The notes under the pieces: generated by a model | What the model saw: the letters and a program-made list of their open reading frames with translations, nothing else | Database searches by the model: none | What the model was told of the DNA's origin: nothing | Source of the DNA: a virus | Taxonomy: Duplodnaviria; Caudoviricetes | Virus record (IMG/VR): IMGVR_UViG_3300022707_001565 | Location: 1 to 52,788 of that record | Direction: 5' to 3' (one strand) | Length of the DNA stretch: 52,788 nt | Part shown: in pieces, positions 19,268 through 28,873 of the stretch | How the letters are laid out: each line of letters begins with the position of its first letter | How positions within the stretch are numbered: the stretch's first letter is position 1 | Translations under genes and position numbers: made by a program

Positions 19268-19693
19268 ATGACTAAACTATTTAGTTTTGGCTATGGCCAC
19301 TGTGCACCAAACAGATGGGTGCGAATGGAATCACGCGAAGCAATGGTTGAAGCATTTTCCATGTACTGGTACACGGAGTATGATGATACTCCAAAAAAGA
19401 TTGAAGATTTTGGCCTGTACAACATGCATGAAATATCCCTAGAGGATGCTGAAATTGCTTTTATTAAATGGCGAACCGAAAAGGTCACTAAAATGTGCAT
19501 AGAACAGCAATATAAAATAAAATATTATGATGGCGAGTCAAACGATTGTTCAGAAGAAATTGATGAAGCCAAAGGTGTTATCGCAGACTGTTTGGTAGAG
19601 CTTGGCTGGCTTTTAGAGCGAGCTAGAAAATACAATATAGAAATGCCTACAATCCCTGATACTATCCCAACTGGAGAAGCAAATGAGATATGA
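19268..19693 (+). CDS. Hypothetical protein
   Basis: GAGG RBS; 141 aa. Confidence 0.6.
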   Translation: MTKLFSFGYGHCAPNRWVRMESREAMVEAFSMYWYTEYDDTPKKIEDFGLYNMHEISLEDAEIAFIKWRTEKVTKMCIEQQYKIKYYDGESNDCSEEIDEAKGVIADCLVELGWLLERARKYNIEMPTIPDTIPTGEANEI

Positions 19694-19877
19694 AATAAGA
19701 AACACAAGCAATGGTAGCATCCACATGCATATTATTAATGATGATATGCAAATTGGTTTATGCTCTATTAAAGATGCATATTTTACAGAATTTATGTTGA
19801 AAGTTAGCTCTGCAGATGATGAACAACAGGTTGCTGATTTTCTTGCTGGCAATATTAAATCTTTGGATGCAGCGTAA
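19683..19877 (+). CDS. Hypothetical protein
   Basis: GGAG RBS; overlaps the upstream gene. Confidence 0.5.
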   Translation: MRYEIRNTSNGSIHMHIINDDMQIGLCSIKDAYFTEFMLKVSSADDEQQVADFLAGNIKSLDAA

Positions 19878-20358
19878 TGGGGCCTCCAGACGAAATCCCA
19901 AACAATACCTTTCACCTATTAACAGAACCTATAATCGAAAGAGCACAGCCATGGAATCCTCCCAAGAAGTTGGCCAGCCAAAACAACCTGATGAAGAAAC
20001 GCATGAAAAATATCCCGCGATAGAAGGCACTGTTGAAGAAACTATGTCAGAATATAATGAGCAAGAAATGATTTCATTTCCTTTGCCTGAGTGGAATACA
20101 ATCCACGCAGAATATAACGCGATGGTGGCTGAGATTGATAATCTTAAGAGCGCATTGAAAGTTTTATATCATGATGTGGAAGGCTACTTGAATTTATTCA
20201 GTCCACATATTAATAAAAGCCCACAGATATCTTTTAAATTAATAAAAGAAAAACGTGAAAGCTTAGCTAAGCGATTGGGAACACTTGGCCCACTCATCAG
20301 ACAACTCCAACATGAAAAGTTGATGGAATTAAATAAAAAGGAAAAGAAGCATGATTGA
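19816..20358 (+). CDS. Hypothetical coiled-coil protein (true start uncertain, probably downstream)
   Basis: Open frame filling the operon gap. Confidence 0.5.
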   Translation: MMNNRLLIFLLAILNLWMQRNGASRRNPKQYLSPINRTYNRKSTAMESSQEVGQPKQPDEETHEKYPAIEGTVEETMSEYNEQEMISFPLPEWNTIHAEYNAMVAEIDNLKSALKVLYHDVEGYLNLFSPHINKSPQISFKLIKEKRESLAKRLGTLGPLIRQLQHEKLMELNKKEKKHD

Positions 20359-21169
20359 AGTCTATCACGAAATAGGCCCAGACACTGAGGCAGCCATCCT
20401 AGTGAAAGCATATGAGGATGCTGCAGCTATATTCATGCTGCATGTTCACAAATGCCGACAATTAATTGGTGAGCTGCTAGGGATTGATGTTGATAAAGAA
20501 AAATTGTTGGTGTCGCACAATCAGGATGAAGGAATAACCCATTTCACCTATGCTGGGTATTTAAATGATATCAAGGAATTTAATAAAGAGTGTGGCAATA
20601 TATTTGTTGATGTCCAAGGTAAAGCATTTACATGGGAAAAAGATATAGTCAAATCTCAGAATGAGGCTATTGCCCAGACTTTAAATGAAACTATCATTGG
20701 TGTTAAACATCCACCCCAATCAATGCTCTGGCCATTACTTGGACGTACAGCATTTACTATGTGCCCTGGGCCCGAAGGCGCAATTAAAGCTCCTGGGATT
20801 ATTGTTAATAGTGGTAAGGTCAGGTATATTGTTGGTAATGAATATACATTGTATGGTAAAAAAGGACATAAATTGCCGCTGATGGAAGGCATTAGACAAA
20901 TTGACCCATTACTTATTATTGAAGAAATGCTTGCTGAATATAAATCAGAACAGGAGAAAAATATGAGCATTGAATTCAAAGAGGCTGCTGCTTTTGTTAT
21001 GCACTTTGGTAAGTATGCAGGCAAATCCCTCGATCATATTGCTGAAGATGATCTTGATTATTTAGTCTGGTTATATGAAAAACGTAAAAAAGATGGTGAT
21101 GATCAGGTTCTTGATAGATTTCTTAATGATTATTTAAATGATCCAACAATTGCTAAGGACTGGCAATAA
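20351..21169 (+). CDS. Hypothetical protein with a C-terminal FGKYxG (DUF3820-like) domain
   Basis: MHFGKYAGKSLDHIAEDDLDYLVWL. Confidence 0.65.
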   Translation: MIEVYHEIGPDTEAAILVKAYEDAAAIFMLHVHKCRQLIGELLGIDVDKEKLLVSHNQDEGITHFTYAGYLNDIKEFNKECGNIFVDVQGKAFTWEKDIVKSQNEAIAQTLNETIIGVKHPPQSMLWPLLGRTAFTMCPGPEGAIKAPGIIVNSGKVRYIVGNEYTLYGKKGHKLPLMEGIRQIDPLLIIEEMLAEYKSEQEKNMSIEFKEAAAFVMHFGKYAGKSLDHIAEDDLDYLVWLYEKRKKDGDDQVLDRFLNDYLNDPTIAKDWQ

Positions 21170-21447
21170 TGTTAACACATTGCCCTTTTTGTGATAGACT
21201 TTTAGATAATACAATGGTTAAAGTTATTGGGAGTCAAAGAAAAGTTGGGCAATTGCATTGTTCTATTCATGGACATATAGATGCAGATATTGAAGCACTA
21301 GGGACAAAACATTTAGCACTGAAAAAGATCTTTGCAAAGTATCATGAACAAACCGAAATATTTATGGGTGATAAAATATCAGATATAGAAAGAGTATTCA
21401 CGCCAGCAGAATGGGAAGCCATAGAAAGTTTAAATAATGAATCCTAA
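21169..21447 (+). CDS. Hypothetical zinc-binding protein
   Basis: CPFC...CSIH; TAATG coupling. Confidence 0.55.
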   Translation: MLTHCPFCDRLLDNTMVKVIGSQRKVGQLHCSIHGHIDADIEALGTKHLALKKIFAKYHEQTEIFMGDKISDIERVFTPAEWEAIESLNNES

Positions 21448-21973
21448 TGAAACAATTAATAAATGGCTTGATGAACACAAAGCTGAATATATAACACTAC
21501 CTTACCACCATGTGCAGAAAGCTCATTATTTAATCGCGGGCGAATATGAAAAGCTAAATGCATTCCCTAGTAGAGTTGAAGCCATCGATGATTATTTAAA
21601 AGATAAGTATGAGAAAATCAAACAGGCATGCTTTGATGAGAAAATGATAACCTTATCAACAATGGCCACATTGAAAGTGCCATTGCTTGATGAATATATT
21701 AAAGGTGAAGATATTATTGGAGCCATAAATAATAATATTTATAATGCACATGGTGTCCAAGGGCAGGTATTAACAACGGATGTTGAAGATGATGCTTTTG
21801 AGTTTTTGGACAGTGCAGTCAAAAATTTGGTTGCTACCTTTATGACCCGATTTAAAATAAAAACACATGTCCATATAATGTGCCACCCAAGACAACATGC
21901 AATGGGCACAGAAGAAATGCAGGATTTTCTATTAAAGTATGAAACAAAAAAGAAGCTGGCCAGTAATGAATAA
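21437..21973 (+). CDS. Hypothetical protein
   Basis: 178-aa ORF. Confidence 0.6.
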   Translation: MNPNETINKWLDEHKAEYITLPYHHVQKAHYLIAGEYEKLNAFPSRVEAIDDYLKDKYEKIKQACFDEKMITLSTMATLKVPLLDEYIKGEDIIGAINNNIYNAHGVQGQVLTTDVEDDAFEFLDSAVKNLVATFMTRFKIKTHVHIMCHPRQHAMGTEEMQDFLLKYETKKKLASNE

Positions 21974-22036
21974 ATAATGCTATCTTTTCCTGCAGACTGT
22001 GTAACATATTTATCCCGCTGAATAAAAGGAATTAAA

Positions 22037-22438
22037 GTGGAAGTGCCGCAACCGCCAGACCCCTTCTGCAGAGACATTCAAGAAGCATATCAATATATGT
22101 TTTATAGTTTGAAAAATGAGCACCTTGATGTTGTCTTAGTTCCTGCGCCAAGCCCACAATTTGAAGGGCATAAAATCCGAGTTGTGCAAAATAGAAATCC
22201 TGATTGGTACCAATATGCCTGCTGGTGGTATGGAACAGACAGAGTAAGACGAAAAAGATTTATAGATTATCTGTCACGAATAATTAAAAAAGATGAATTG
22301 CATCACGCAGCAACACATTTAATAAATGAAATTGCTAACAGTTTAATACTTGATGGCAAATTCACAGACCCGTATGAAGGGATGGAGATTGATGGGGAAT
22401 TAAGCACAATACCAGAGCCACATGATATGCTTTCCTGA
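22037..22438 (+). CDS. Hypothetical protein
   Basis: GTG start with AAAGGAATTAAAGTG context. Confidence 0.6.
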   Translation: MEVPQPPDPFCRDIQEAYQYMFYSLKNEHLDVVLVPAPSPQFEGHKIRVVQNRNPDWYQYACWWYGTDRVRRKRFIDYLSRIIKKDELHHAATHLINEIANSLILDGKFTDPYEGMEIDGELSTIPEPHDMLS

Positions 22439-22456
22439 CGATGAAACTCCATTTTA

Positions 22457-24817
22457 ATGAGTGATAGCGCATATGAACAAATCAAACAGTATGTTGACAA
22501 TGGGTGGAAGCTTGTACCAATTCCACGTGGTTCTAAAGCACCAAAAGGAAAGCATGCGAAGGGTTGGCAAACTAATTTTATTACAGACCCCATGGCCATT
22601 GGCGATGGTAATTGTGGGATTCTGCTTGGTGAACCATCTGGCTGGCTTATTGATATTGATTTTGACTGGCGTGAGGCAGCAGAGCTTGCAAGCTATTTCC
22701 TTCCACCGACTGATGCAGTCTTTGGGCGCACAACTAATAAATCGTCTCACTATTTATATATATGCAGTGGCGCAAAGACAAAAAAATTCCAGATAGGGAA
22801 AAAACAGGATGGAGGAATGATCTTAGAATTAAGATCAACTGGCCATCAAACCGTATTCCCACCCAGCGAGCACAAGACTGGTGAAATAATCACCTGGGAA
22901 AATCAGGGCAAGCCTGCTGAAATATCTATAACAGAATTAGAATCAGGTTGCCGACAATTAGCAGCAGCAGCATTAATTGCGCGTAATTGGAGTGACGGCA
23001 ATCGCCAAGACTTATCCCTAGCAATTGCTGGATTGATGATTAAGGGCGGGATAGAAGTTGATAAAGTAAAACATTTAATTCAATCAGTGTGCGAATATAC
23101 GGGTGACCCTGAAACTGAAGATAGATTGCGATGCATTACTGTTACTGAAGAAAAAGTTGCTGATGATATACCTGTGGCTGGCTATCAGAAATTAGTTGAT
23201 ATACTAGGGGAACAGACAGCATCCCATATTAGTAAATTTTTAAAAGCATCAGTCAAGCAACAAGTACCAGAAGGATCAATTCAAACATCCAACAGACCCA
23301 GTAAAGATATTGCAAATCATGCGTGGCACCAAATAGCTGAAGAACAGAAAGATGGTCCAACATTATTTCGCTTTGGAAAAGAAATTGCCCGTGTTGACGG
23401 GAAAGTTGAAATATTACCGAATGATAGATTGTGGCAGGAAATGTGTGACCGATTAGACTGGGTTCGATCTATTGGTGAAGGTAAAATTGTTAGGTGTGAC
23501 CCGCCGCAATCAGTCATCACATATATGCGAAATCAGAAAACCAGCAGCATACCATTACCACGATTATCCCATACAACATCCACGCCAGTCATAACTCAAA
23601 ATGGCGATATTCATGCTAATGCAGGGTATGATGATAAAAGTGAAACGTATAATTTTGCTGAATTAAGTCTACCAAAAATAATGGATGCGCCCACTGAATC
23701 TGATATTACTATTGCTAAGGAATTATTGGAGGATGTGCTTTGTGATTTCCCTTTTGTGCATGAGAGTGATAAAGCGCATGCTTATGCTATGATGATTTTA
23801 CCTTTTGTTAGGCCTATGATTAATGGACCAACACCGCTACATTTAATAGATAAACCAAGACAGGGAACGGGTGCAACATTATTAGGTGAAATATGTATGT
23901 TAATAAAAACTGGAGAGCAAATAGCAGCACAGCCCCCTTGTCATCGTGAAGAAGAATGGCAAAAAACATTATTAAGTAATTTAGTGAAAATGCCTGAATT
24001 TATTTTTATGGATAATGTTAAAGCAATTTACTCTATGAGTCTTGCTTTAGCGTTAACCAGTGGCGCATACACTGCACGTAAATTAGGTTCAACTGAAATG
24101 ATCGAAGTCCCCGTCCAATGCACATGGATTTTTACGGGGAACAATGTTGAGATGGGTGCCGATTTCCCTAGGAGAATTGTTCATATCCGTATTGATTCAA
24201 ATATTGAAGATCCAACTAACAGAGTATTTAAGTATTCTGATTTAAAAACCCATGTTGAAAATAACCGTGGTAAATTAGTATGGGCTATTTTAACAATAGC
24301 AAGAGCATGGGTGACATTAGGATCACCACCACCAAAAAAAGATTTACCATCATTCACTTCATGGAGTAATATTGTTGGAGGCATTGTTGAGTTTATGGGT
24401 ATTAAAGGATTTTTGGATACACCATTGGCCAGGAAAAATCGCATTGACCCGTATATGGAATTGGAAATTGAATTTGTAAGATGCTGGGCTGCTCATTTAT
24501 TAAAAGATTTTGACATTTATTATTGCTTGCGATCTAAACAATTGATTCAAATGTGTGAGATGTGCGAATTAGAATATGGACAAGGTGATCGTGGCTATTA
24601 TAATTCCATGGCCTTCACCCATAGATGTATGAATAAATTATCAGATAGAGTATTTACTATTCATACATTAGCAGGTGAACCAATAACTATAAAAATAATT
24701 CGAGAAACAAAAGGTGGTAATGGTGGCTGGGCATTGTCTATTTTTGAATCATCACAAGTATTCTTTGACCAATTAAATTTTGTAGAAATATGGAATGGAT
24801 CACAATGGGACAGATAA
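22457..24817 (+). CDS. Bifunctional primase-polymerase fused to a helicase-like P-loop domain
   Basis: N-terminal Prim-Pol motifs (VPIP..SKAP, NCGILLG, DIDFD, SHYLY, ELRSTGHQTVFPPSEH); C-terminal GTGAT, FIFMDN, TGNN, RRIV. Confidence 0.9.
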   Translation: MSDSAYEQIKQYVDNGWKLVPIPRGSKAPKGKHAKGWQTNFITDPMAIGDGNCGILLGEPSGWLIDIDFDWREAAELASYFLPPTDAVFGRTTNKSSHYLYICSGAKTKKFQIGKKQDGGMILELRSTGHQTVFPPSEHKTGEIITWENQGKPAEISITELESGCRQLAAAALIARNWSDGNRQDLSLAIAGLMIKGGIEVDKVKHLIQSVCEYTGDPETEDRLRCITVTEEKVADDIPVAGYQKLVDILGEQTASHISKFLKASVKQQVPEGSIQTSNRPSKDIANHAWHQIAEEQKDGPTLFRFGKEIARVDGKVEILPNDRLWQEMCDRLDWVRSIGEGKIVRCDPPQSVITYMRNQKTSSIPLPRLSHTTSTPVITQNGDIHANAGYDDKSETYNFAELSLPKIMDAPTESDITIAKELLEDVLCDFPFVHESDKAHAYAMMILPFVRPMINGPTPLHLIDKPRQGTGATLLGEICMLIKTGEQIAAQPPCHREEEWQKTLLSNLVKMPEFIFMDNVKAIYSMSLALALTSGAYTARKLGSTEMIEVPVQCTWIFTGNNVEMGADFPRRIVHIRIDSNIEDPTNRVFKYSDLKTHVENNRGKLVWAILTIARAWVTLGSPPPKKDLPSFTSWSNIVGGIVEFMGIKGFLDTPLARKNRIDPYMELEIEFVRCWAAHLLKDFDIYYCLRSKQLIQMCEMCELEYGQGDRGYYNSMAFTHRCMNKLSDRVFTIHTLAGEPITIKIIRETKGGNGGWALSIFESSQVFFDQLNFVEIWNGSQWDR

Positions 24818-24841
24818 TTGATCAGGTGCCCAAATTAATAC

Positions 24842-24868
24842 TTTACTTTATAAAATTACGTCAATACT
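24842..24868 (+). promoter_or_regulatory. Putative promoter
   Basis: TTTACT-N15-AATACT. Confidence 0.5.
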
Positions 24869-24876
24869 AGGAGATT

Positions 24877-25251
24877 ATGATGCCGACCGTTTATGTAACG
24901 CAACGTCCACAACGCAGTAAGGCTGGTTGGAAGCCCAATCTATTGCCTGCTACTGTTTATGGTGAACTTAAATATGTTTTTGAAAGTGATGATTATGTTT
25001 TTTCATCACCAAATGAAAGCATGGCCAAAGCAAAAGAAATTCTCAACCAATTTGATCCGAGTGTTGATTATATATTATATCCTAACACTGGTGATCCTGC
25101 TGCTATCTATGCTATCTGTTTAATTCTTGGTTATTGGTTTAGCCAGTGCACCATTAATTTTTTATATTGGGACAGAACTATAGATGAAGATGGGAACCGA
25201 TCACACGATAAAGGATCATATAAAGTCATACCAATGCCACTTCACAATTAA
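24877..25251 (+). CDS. Hypothetical protein (replication module)
   Basis: AGGAG RBS; PATVYGEL...DYIL..GDP...LYWDR. Confidence 0.7.
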   Translation: MMPTVYVTQRPQRSKAGWKPNLLPATVYGELKYVFESDDYVFSSPNESMAKAKEILNQFDPSVDYILYPNTGDPAAIYAICLILGYWFSQCTINFLYWDRTIDEDGNRSHDKGSYKVIPMPLHN

Positions 25252-25265
25252 TGAAAGGAATTAAA

Positions 25266-25868
25266 GTGAGCAATACAGATATTGATGTACTTGAAGATGC
25301 GAAGCCTGCAGGATCTGAAGATTTATTACAAAAAATTTATGATTATGCTGATAAAATGCTGGCTGTTGGCACACGCATAGAAAAAGGTGTAATATTGTTA
25401 AAAGAATTGGGTGATGATTATAAAGAAATTGAAACACACATATTACCTGAATTGATGGCTGAAGCTGGCATGAAGGAATTTACTACTGAAGCAGGTAAAT
25501 TTAAAATCAAAGATATATTAAAAGCATCATTGCCAAGCAAAGGTGCTATTGATAAAGCTAAGGGTGAAGAAAGAGACAAGCTTGAAGATAGACTTGCCAG
25601 AGCATTAGTCTGGTTGCGAGAGCACGAAGCTGAATCTTTAATCAAAAATATTATATCTGCAGATGTTGGTAAAGATAATGAGATTGCTGATAAAATAGTT
25701 AAATTTCTAACTAAAATTAAAGCTGTGTACAAGAGAGATGAAAATGTTAATGGTAATACGTTATCATCTTACATTAAAGAACAAATTGGCGCTGGTGTTG
25801 AAATTGATTTTGAATTGTTTGGCGTGTTTTCCGGTAAACAAGTTAAGGTGACCAAGGCCAAAAAATAA
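25266..25868 (+). CDS. Hypothetical protein (replication module)
   Basis: GTG start with AAAGGAATTAAAGTG context; LPELMAEAG...WLREH..ESLIKN. Confidence 0.7.
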   Translation: MSNTDIDVLEDAKPAGSEDLLQKIYDYADKMLAVGTRIEKGVILLKELGDDYKEIETHILPELMAEAGMKEFTTEAGKFKIKDILKASLPSKGAIDKAKGEERDKLEDRLARALVWLREHEAESLIKNIISADVGKDNEIADKIVKFLTKIKAVYKRDENVNGNTLSSYIKEQIGAGVEIDFELFGVFSGKQVKVTKAKK

Positions 25869-25871
25869 ATG

Positions 25872-25898
25872 TTTACTCTAGTAAAAATGAATTATAAC
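25872..25898 (+). promoter_or_regulatory. Putative promoter
   Basis: TTTACT-N15-TATAAC. Confidence 0.55.
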
Positions 25899-25938
25899 AC
25901 AGGACCAAAATAAGCCTACTATCCAAGAAAGGACACTC

Positions 25939-26760
25939 ATGGCTAATAAAAATGAAGTTGCAGGTTCTTCACCAAAATCTGTTGCCATCCCTGATGATAT
26001 TGATTTACTTGATGATGCAGGCTCTGGTGGTGAAACCATCGACAAAGATGATTTGGCAATCCCACGTATTAATATATTGCAGGCATTAAGCCCACAATGT
26101 TTAATTAAAACTGATACATTTATTGAAGGTTGTGAGCCAGGAAAATTCTGGAACACTGTTGAAGAAATAGCCATTGATGGCGAAATTGGTATGTTTGTTA
26201 TATTTGTTTCTTATCGCCGCACATACCTTGAGTGGCGCATCCGTGAATCTGGTGGAGGCTTTATTGCTGACCACGGCAATACTCCAGAACTCATTAATAA
26301 ATGCGAGAAAGATGAAAAGAATCGCATGATTAATGCTGATGGTCATGAAATTAAACAAACTGCTGAATATTATGTATTAATTATTGATGATGATGGCACT
26401 GCTAAGCCTGCTGTTATTTCTATGGTTAGTACACAGCTGAAAAAGTCTCGTCAATTAAATACTAAATTGACCCAGCTACAAATTGATAGACCTGATAAGC
26501 AGGGCAAATTCAATCCTGCATTCTTCTATTCAGTCTTTAAATGTACCACTGTTCCTGAAAAGAATGATGCTGGTAATTGGATGGGATGGAAAATAGAAAG
26601 TTATAAGCCAACCCTGGAATTAGAAAATGGCGCTGAGATTTATAAAGCTGCCAAAGCATTCCGTGAACAAATTGCTGCTGGAACCATCAAAGTTGACTCT
26701 CAGGATAAAGGCGCTGATGCTGTTAGCGAAAATGAAGAGGATGACACCGCCCCAATGTAA
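25939..26760 (+). CDS. Putative single-stranded DNA-binding protein
   Basis: IPRINILQALSPQ motif, aromatic beta strands, acidic C-terminal tail EEDDTAPM. Confidence 0.65.
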   Translation: MANKNEVAGSSPKSVAIPDDIDLLDDAGSGGETIDKDDLAIPRINILQALSPQCLIKTDTFIEGCEPGKFWNTVEEIAIDGEIGMFVIFVSYRRTYLEWRIRESGGGFIADHGNTPELINKCEKDEKNRMINADGHEIKQTAEYYVLIIDDDGTAKPAVISMVSTQLKKSRQLNTKLTQLQIDRPDKQGKFNPAFFYSVFKCTTVPEKNDAGNWMGWKIESYKPTLELENGAEIYKAAKAFREQIAAGTIKVDSQDKGADAVSENEEDDTAPM

Positions 26761-26769
26761 TTAAAACTT

Positions 26770-26841
26770 TCTCTGGGTTTTAACGTAACCGTTAAACGGG
26801 CAAATGTTGTGGAGGCATGGAACCCAGCCCAGAGATTTTTT
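26770..26841 (+). terminator. Multi-stem hairpin followed by a T6 tract (terminator/attenuator candidate)
   Basis: TCTCTGGGT/GCCCAGAGA outer stem enclosing a TTTAACG/CGTTAAA hairpin, then TTTTTT. Confidence 0.55.
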
Positions 26842-26853
26842 GAAAGGAATAGC

Positions 26854-27066
26854 ATGGAAGATAAACGCAGACGTGGCCGCCCCAGTGAATTTGATGGATG
26901 TACATTTAAAAAAATTAAAGAAACAACACGCAAAGATGGATCACTTGGCCAACAACAATGGAAAATATTAAAAGATGGAATGACCTATGAAGAATTTAAA
27001 AAGGCTGGTGGCATTCGGAAATATCTTGCTTGGGAAATTAAGCAAGGGCATGTAGTCATTATTTAA
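26854..27066 (+). CDS. Small basic protein, possibly nucleic-acid binding
   Basis: AAGGAATAGCATG start; KRRRGRPS (AT-hook-like). Confidence 0.6.
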   Translation: MEDKRRRGRPSEFDGCTFKKIKETTRKDGSLGQQQWKILKDGMTYEEFKKAGGIRKYLAWEIKQGHVVII

Positions 27067-27092
27067 AGCACATTTAATAAAAGGAATGAAAG

Positions 27093-28052
27093 ATGAAGAT
27101 ATTGGGCGCAGGCATGGCAGGATTAATCGCTGCAAATTTATTACACAGATATAATCTCCTAGTGCTAGAAAAAGCAGACAACTTGCCAAAAAACCATGCT
27201 GCAGTTTTGCGATTTAGAACTGATGAAATTTCTAAGGCTACGCAGATCCCATTTAAAAAGGTCCATGTGTCCAAGTCTATTTATTATGATCGCAAGCATT
27301 ATAATGAATCCAATTTATTCTTTGCCAATATGTATTCAATAAAAGTGACTGGCAGGATATTAACACGCTCAATTATTAATTTGAATGATTGTGAGCGTTA
27401 TATTTCACCACCAGATTTTATTCAGCAGTTATCTAAGGGTGTTGAAATATGTTTTGGAGTAGAGATTGGCAATGATTTATTCAATCACAGATATCCTGAC
27501 AAGATTATTTCCACACTGCCTATGCCATTGATGATGGATATGTGTGGCACTTCTCTTGCAAAACGAAATTTTACGTCAAATCCTATTTGGGTTGCATCGT
27601 GCACCATTGATAATCCTGAGTGTGATATTTACCAAACTGTCTATTGTCCAGATAAAACAAAAGATTGGTACAGGGCAAGTATAACAGGAAGCGAATTAAT
27701 TGTTGAGTTTATTACCAAGCCGCATGATTTTCACAATATGAAGTCTGGACAGAATGATCACGACCAACAACATCATTTTATAAATATGCTTGAGAAAATA
27801 TTTGGTATTGAAGTTGATATGGTTTCAAATATGAAATTCAAAGAGCAGCCTTATGGAAAGATTGCCCCAATGAATGAGGAACACAGAAAGGAATTCATCC
27901 ACCATCTAACTACAGAATATGGCATTTATTCCCTGGGACGTTTTGCAACGTGGCGCAATTTATTACTTGACGATATTGTAAAAGATGTTAATGTCATTAA
28001 GCAATTAATTGAATCAGATTCAACATATGATTTAGCAAAGGCAAATCTATAA
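27093..28052 (+). CDS. FAD-dependent oxidoreductase (Rossmann fold; UDP-galactopyranose mutase-like C-terminus)
   Basis: ILGAGMAGL dinucleotide-binding motif, ISTLP, GIYSLGRFATW. Confidence 0.8.
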   Translation: MKILGAGMAGLIAANLLHRYNLLVLEKADNLPKNHAAVLRFRTDEISKATQIPFKKVHVSKSIYYDRKHYNESNLFFANMYSIKVTGRILTRSIINLNDCERYISPPDFIQQLSKGVEICFGVEIGNDLFNHRYPDKIISTLPMPLMMDMCGTSLAKRNFTSNPIWVASCTIDNPECDIYQTVYCPDKTKDWYRASITGSELIVEFITKPHDFHNMKSGQNDHDQQHHFINMLEKIFGIEVDMVSNMKFKEQPYGKIAPMNEEHRKEFIHHLTTEYGIYSLGRFATWRNLLLDDIVKDVNVIKQLIESDSTYDLAKANL

Positions 28053-28873
28053 TGAAAGTTACCTTATTAAAATATACACCAGATGCTTTAGAGACATTAT
28101 TGTTCACAAAGCAAACCAGATTAAAAGTCAACCCAAATGCAATGGATGAAGTTGCTGCTTGGAGTGATGAAAAGAAAATGTCTGAGTTAGAATATATGTT
28201 GAACACTATCAAAAGCTCATGGGAATTTATTGACTACATATTTGTCATTGAAGATGTTACCAGAGCATTCACGCACCAATTAGTAAGACACAGAGCAGGA
28301 ACCAGCTTTGCTCAACAAGCGATGCGTGTTGTTGATATGTCTGGATTCAGTTATGAAACTGGGGATAGTATTGACACTGAAGAAGCACTTGAATTATACG
28401 GTGATGGCATGGATGAAATTAATGATTGTTATCAAGACCTAGTGAGTGCAGGCGTCAAGCCACAAGATGCTAGGGGCATTCTCCCCACAAATATACATAC
28501 CAACATTGTCTTTAAAGCGAATTTGCGCTGCTTACATGATATGGCGCAAACTCGATTGTGCGTTAAAGCGCAGGGCGAATTCCAAAAAGTATTTAGAGCT
28601 ATTAAAGCTGCAATGATTGAAGTTCATCCATGGACTGAAAATATGATTCAGGTTGCCTGTGCTGCTACTGGCGTTTGTAAATTCCCTACAGTACCAAATG
28701 AAGATTGTCATGTGAAGCCTTTTGTATTTAATCCAAAGACTGGTGTAGCATTTAATGGTGGGCAACCTTACACGCTGGATGAAATTAAAGTGCAATATGC
28801 CTCTGAAGAAAGAGAAATTCAACCTATTGTTATTGGCGATGATGCTGTAACTACAACTGAGAGCCAATCATGA
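28052..28873 (+). CDS. thyX: Divergent flavin-dependent thymidylate synthase (ThyX-family) homologue
   Basis: THQLVRHR, DARGILP and NLR...R...AQGE motifs. Confidence 0.85.
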   Translation: MKVTLLKYTPDALETLLFTKQTRLKVNPNAMDEVAAWSDEKKMSELEYMLNTIKSSWEFIDYIFVIEDVTRAFTHQLVRHRAGTSFAQQAMRVVDMSGFSYETGDSIDTEEALELYGDGMDEINDCYQDLVSAGVKPQDARGILPTNIHTNIVFKANLRCLHDMAQTRLCVKAQGEFQKVFRAIKAAMIEVHPWTENMIQVACAATGVCKFPTVPNEDCHVKPFVFNPKTGVAFNGGQPYTLDEIKVQYASEEREIQPIVIGDDAVTTTESQS

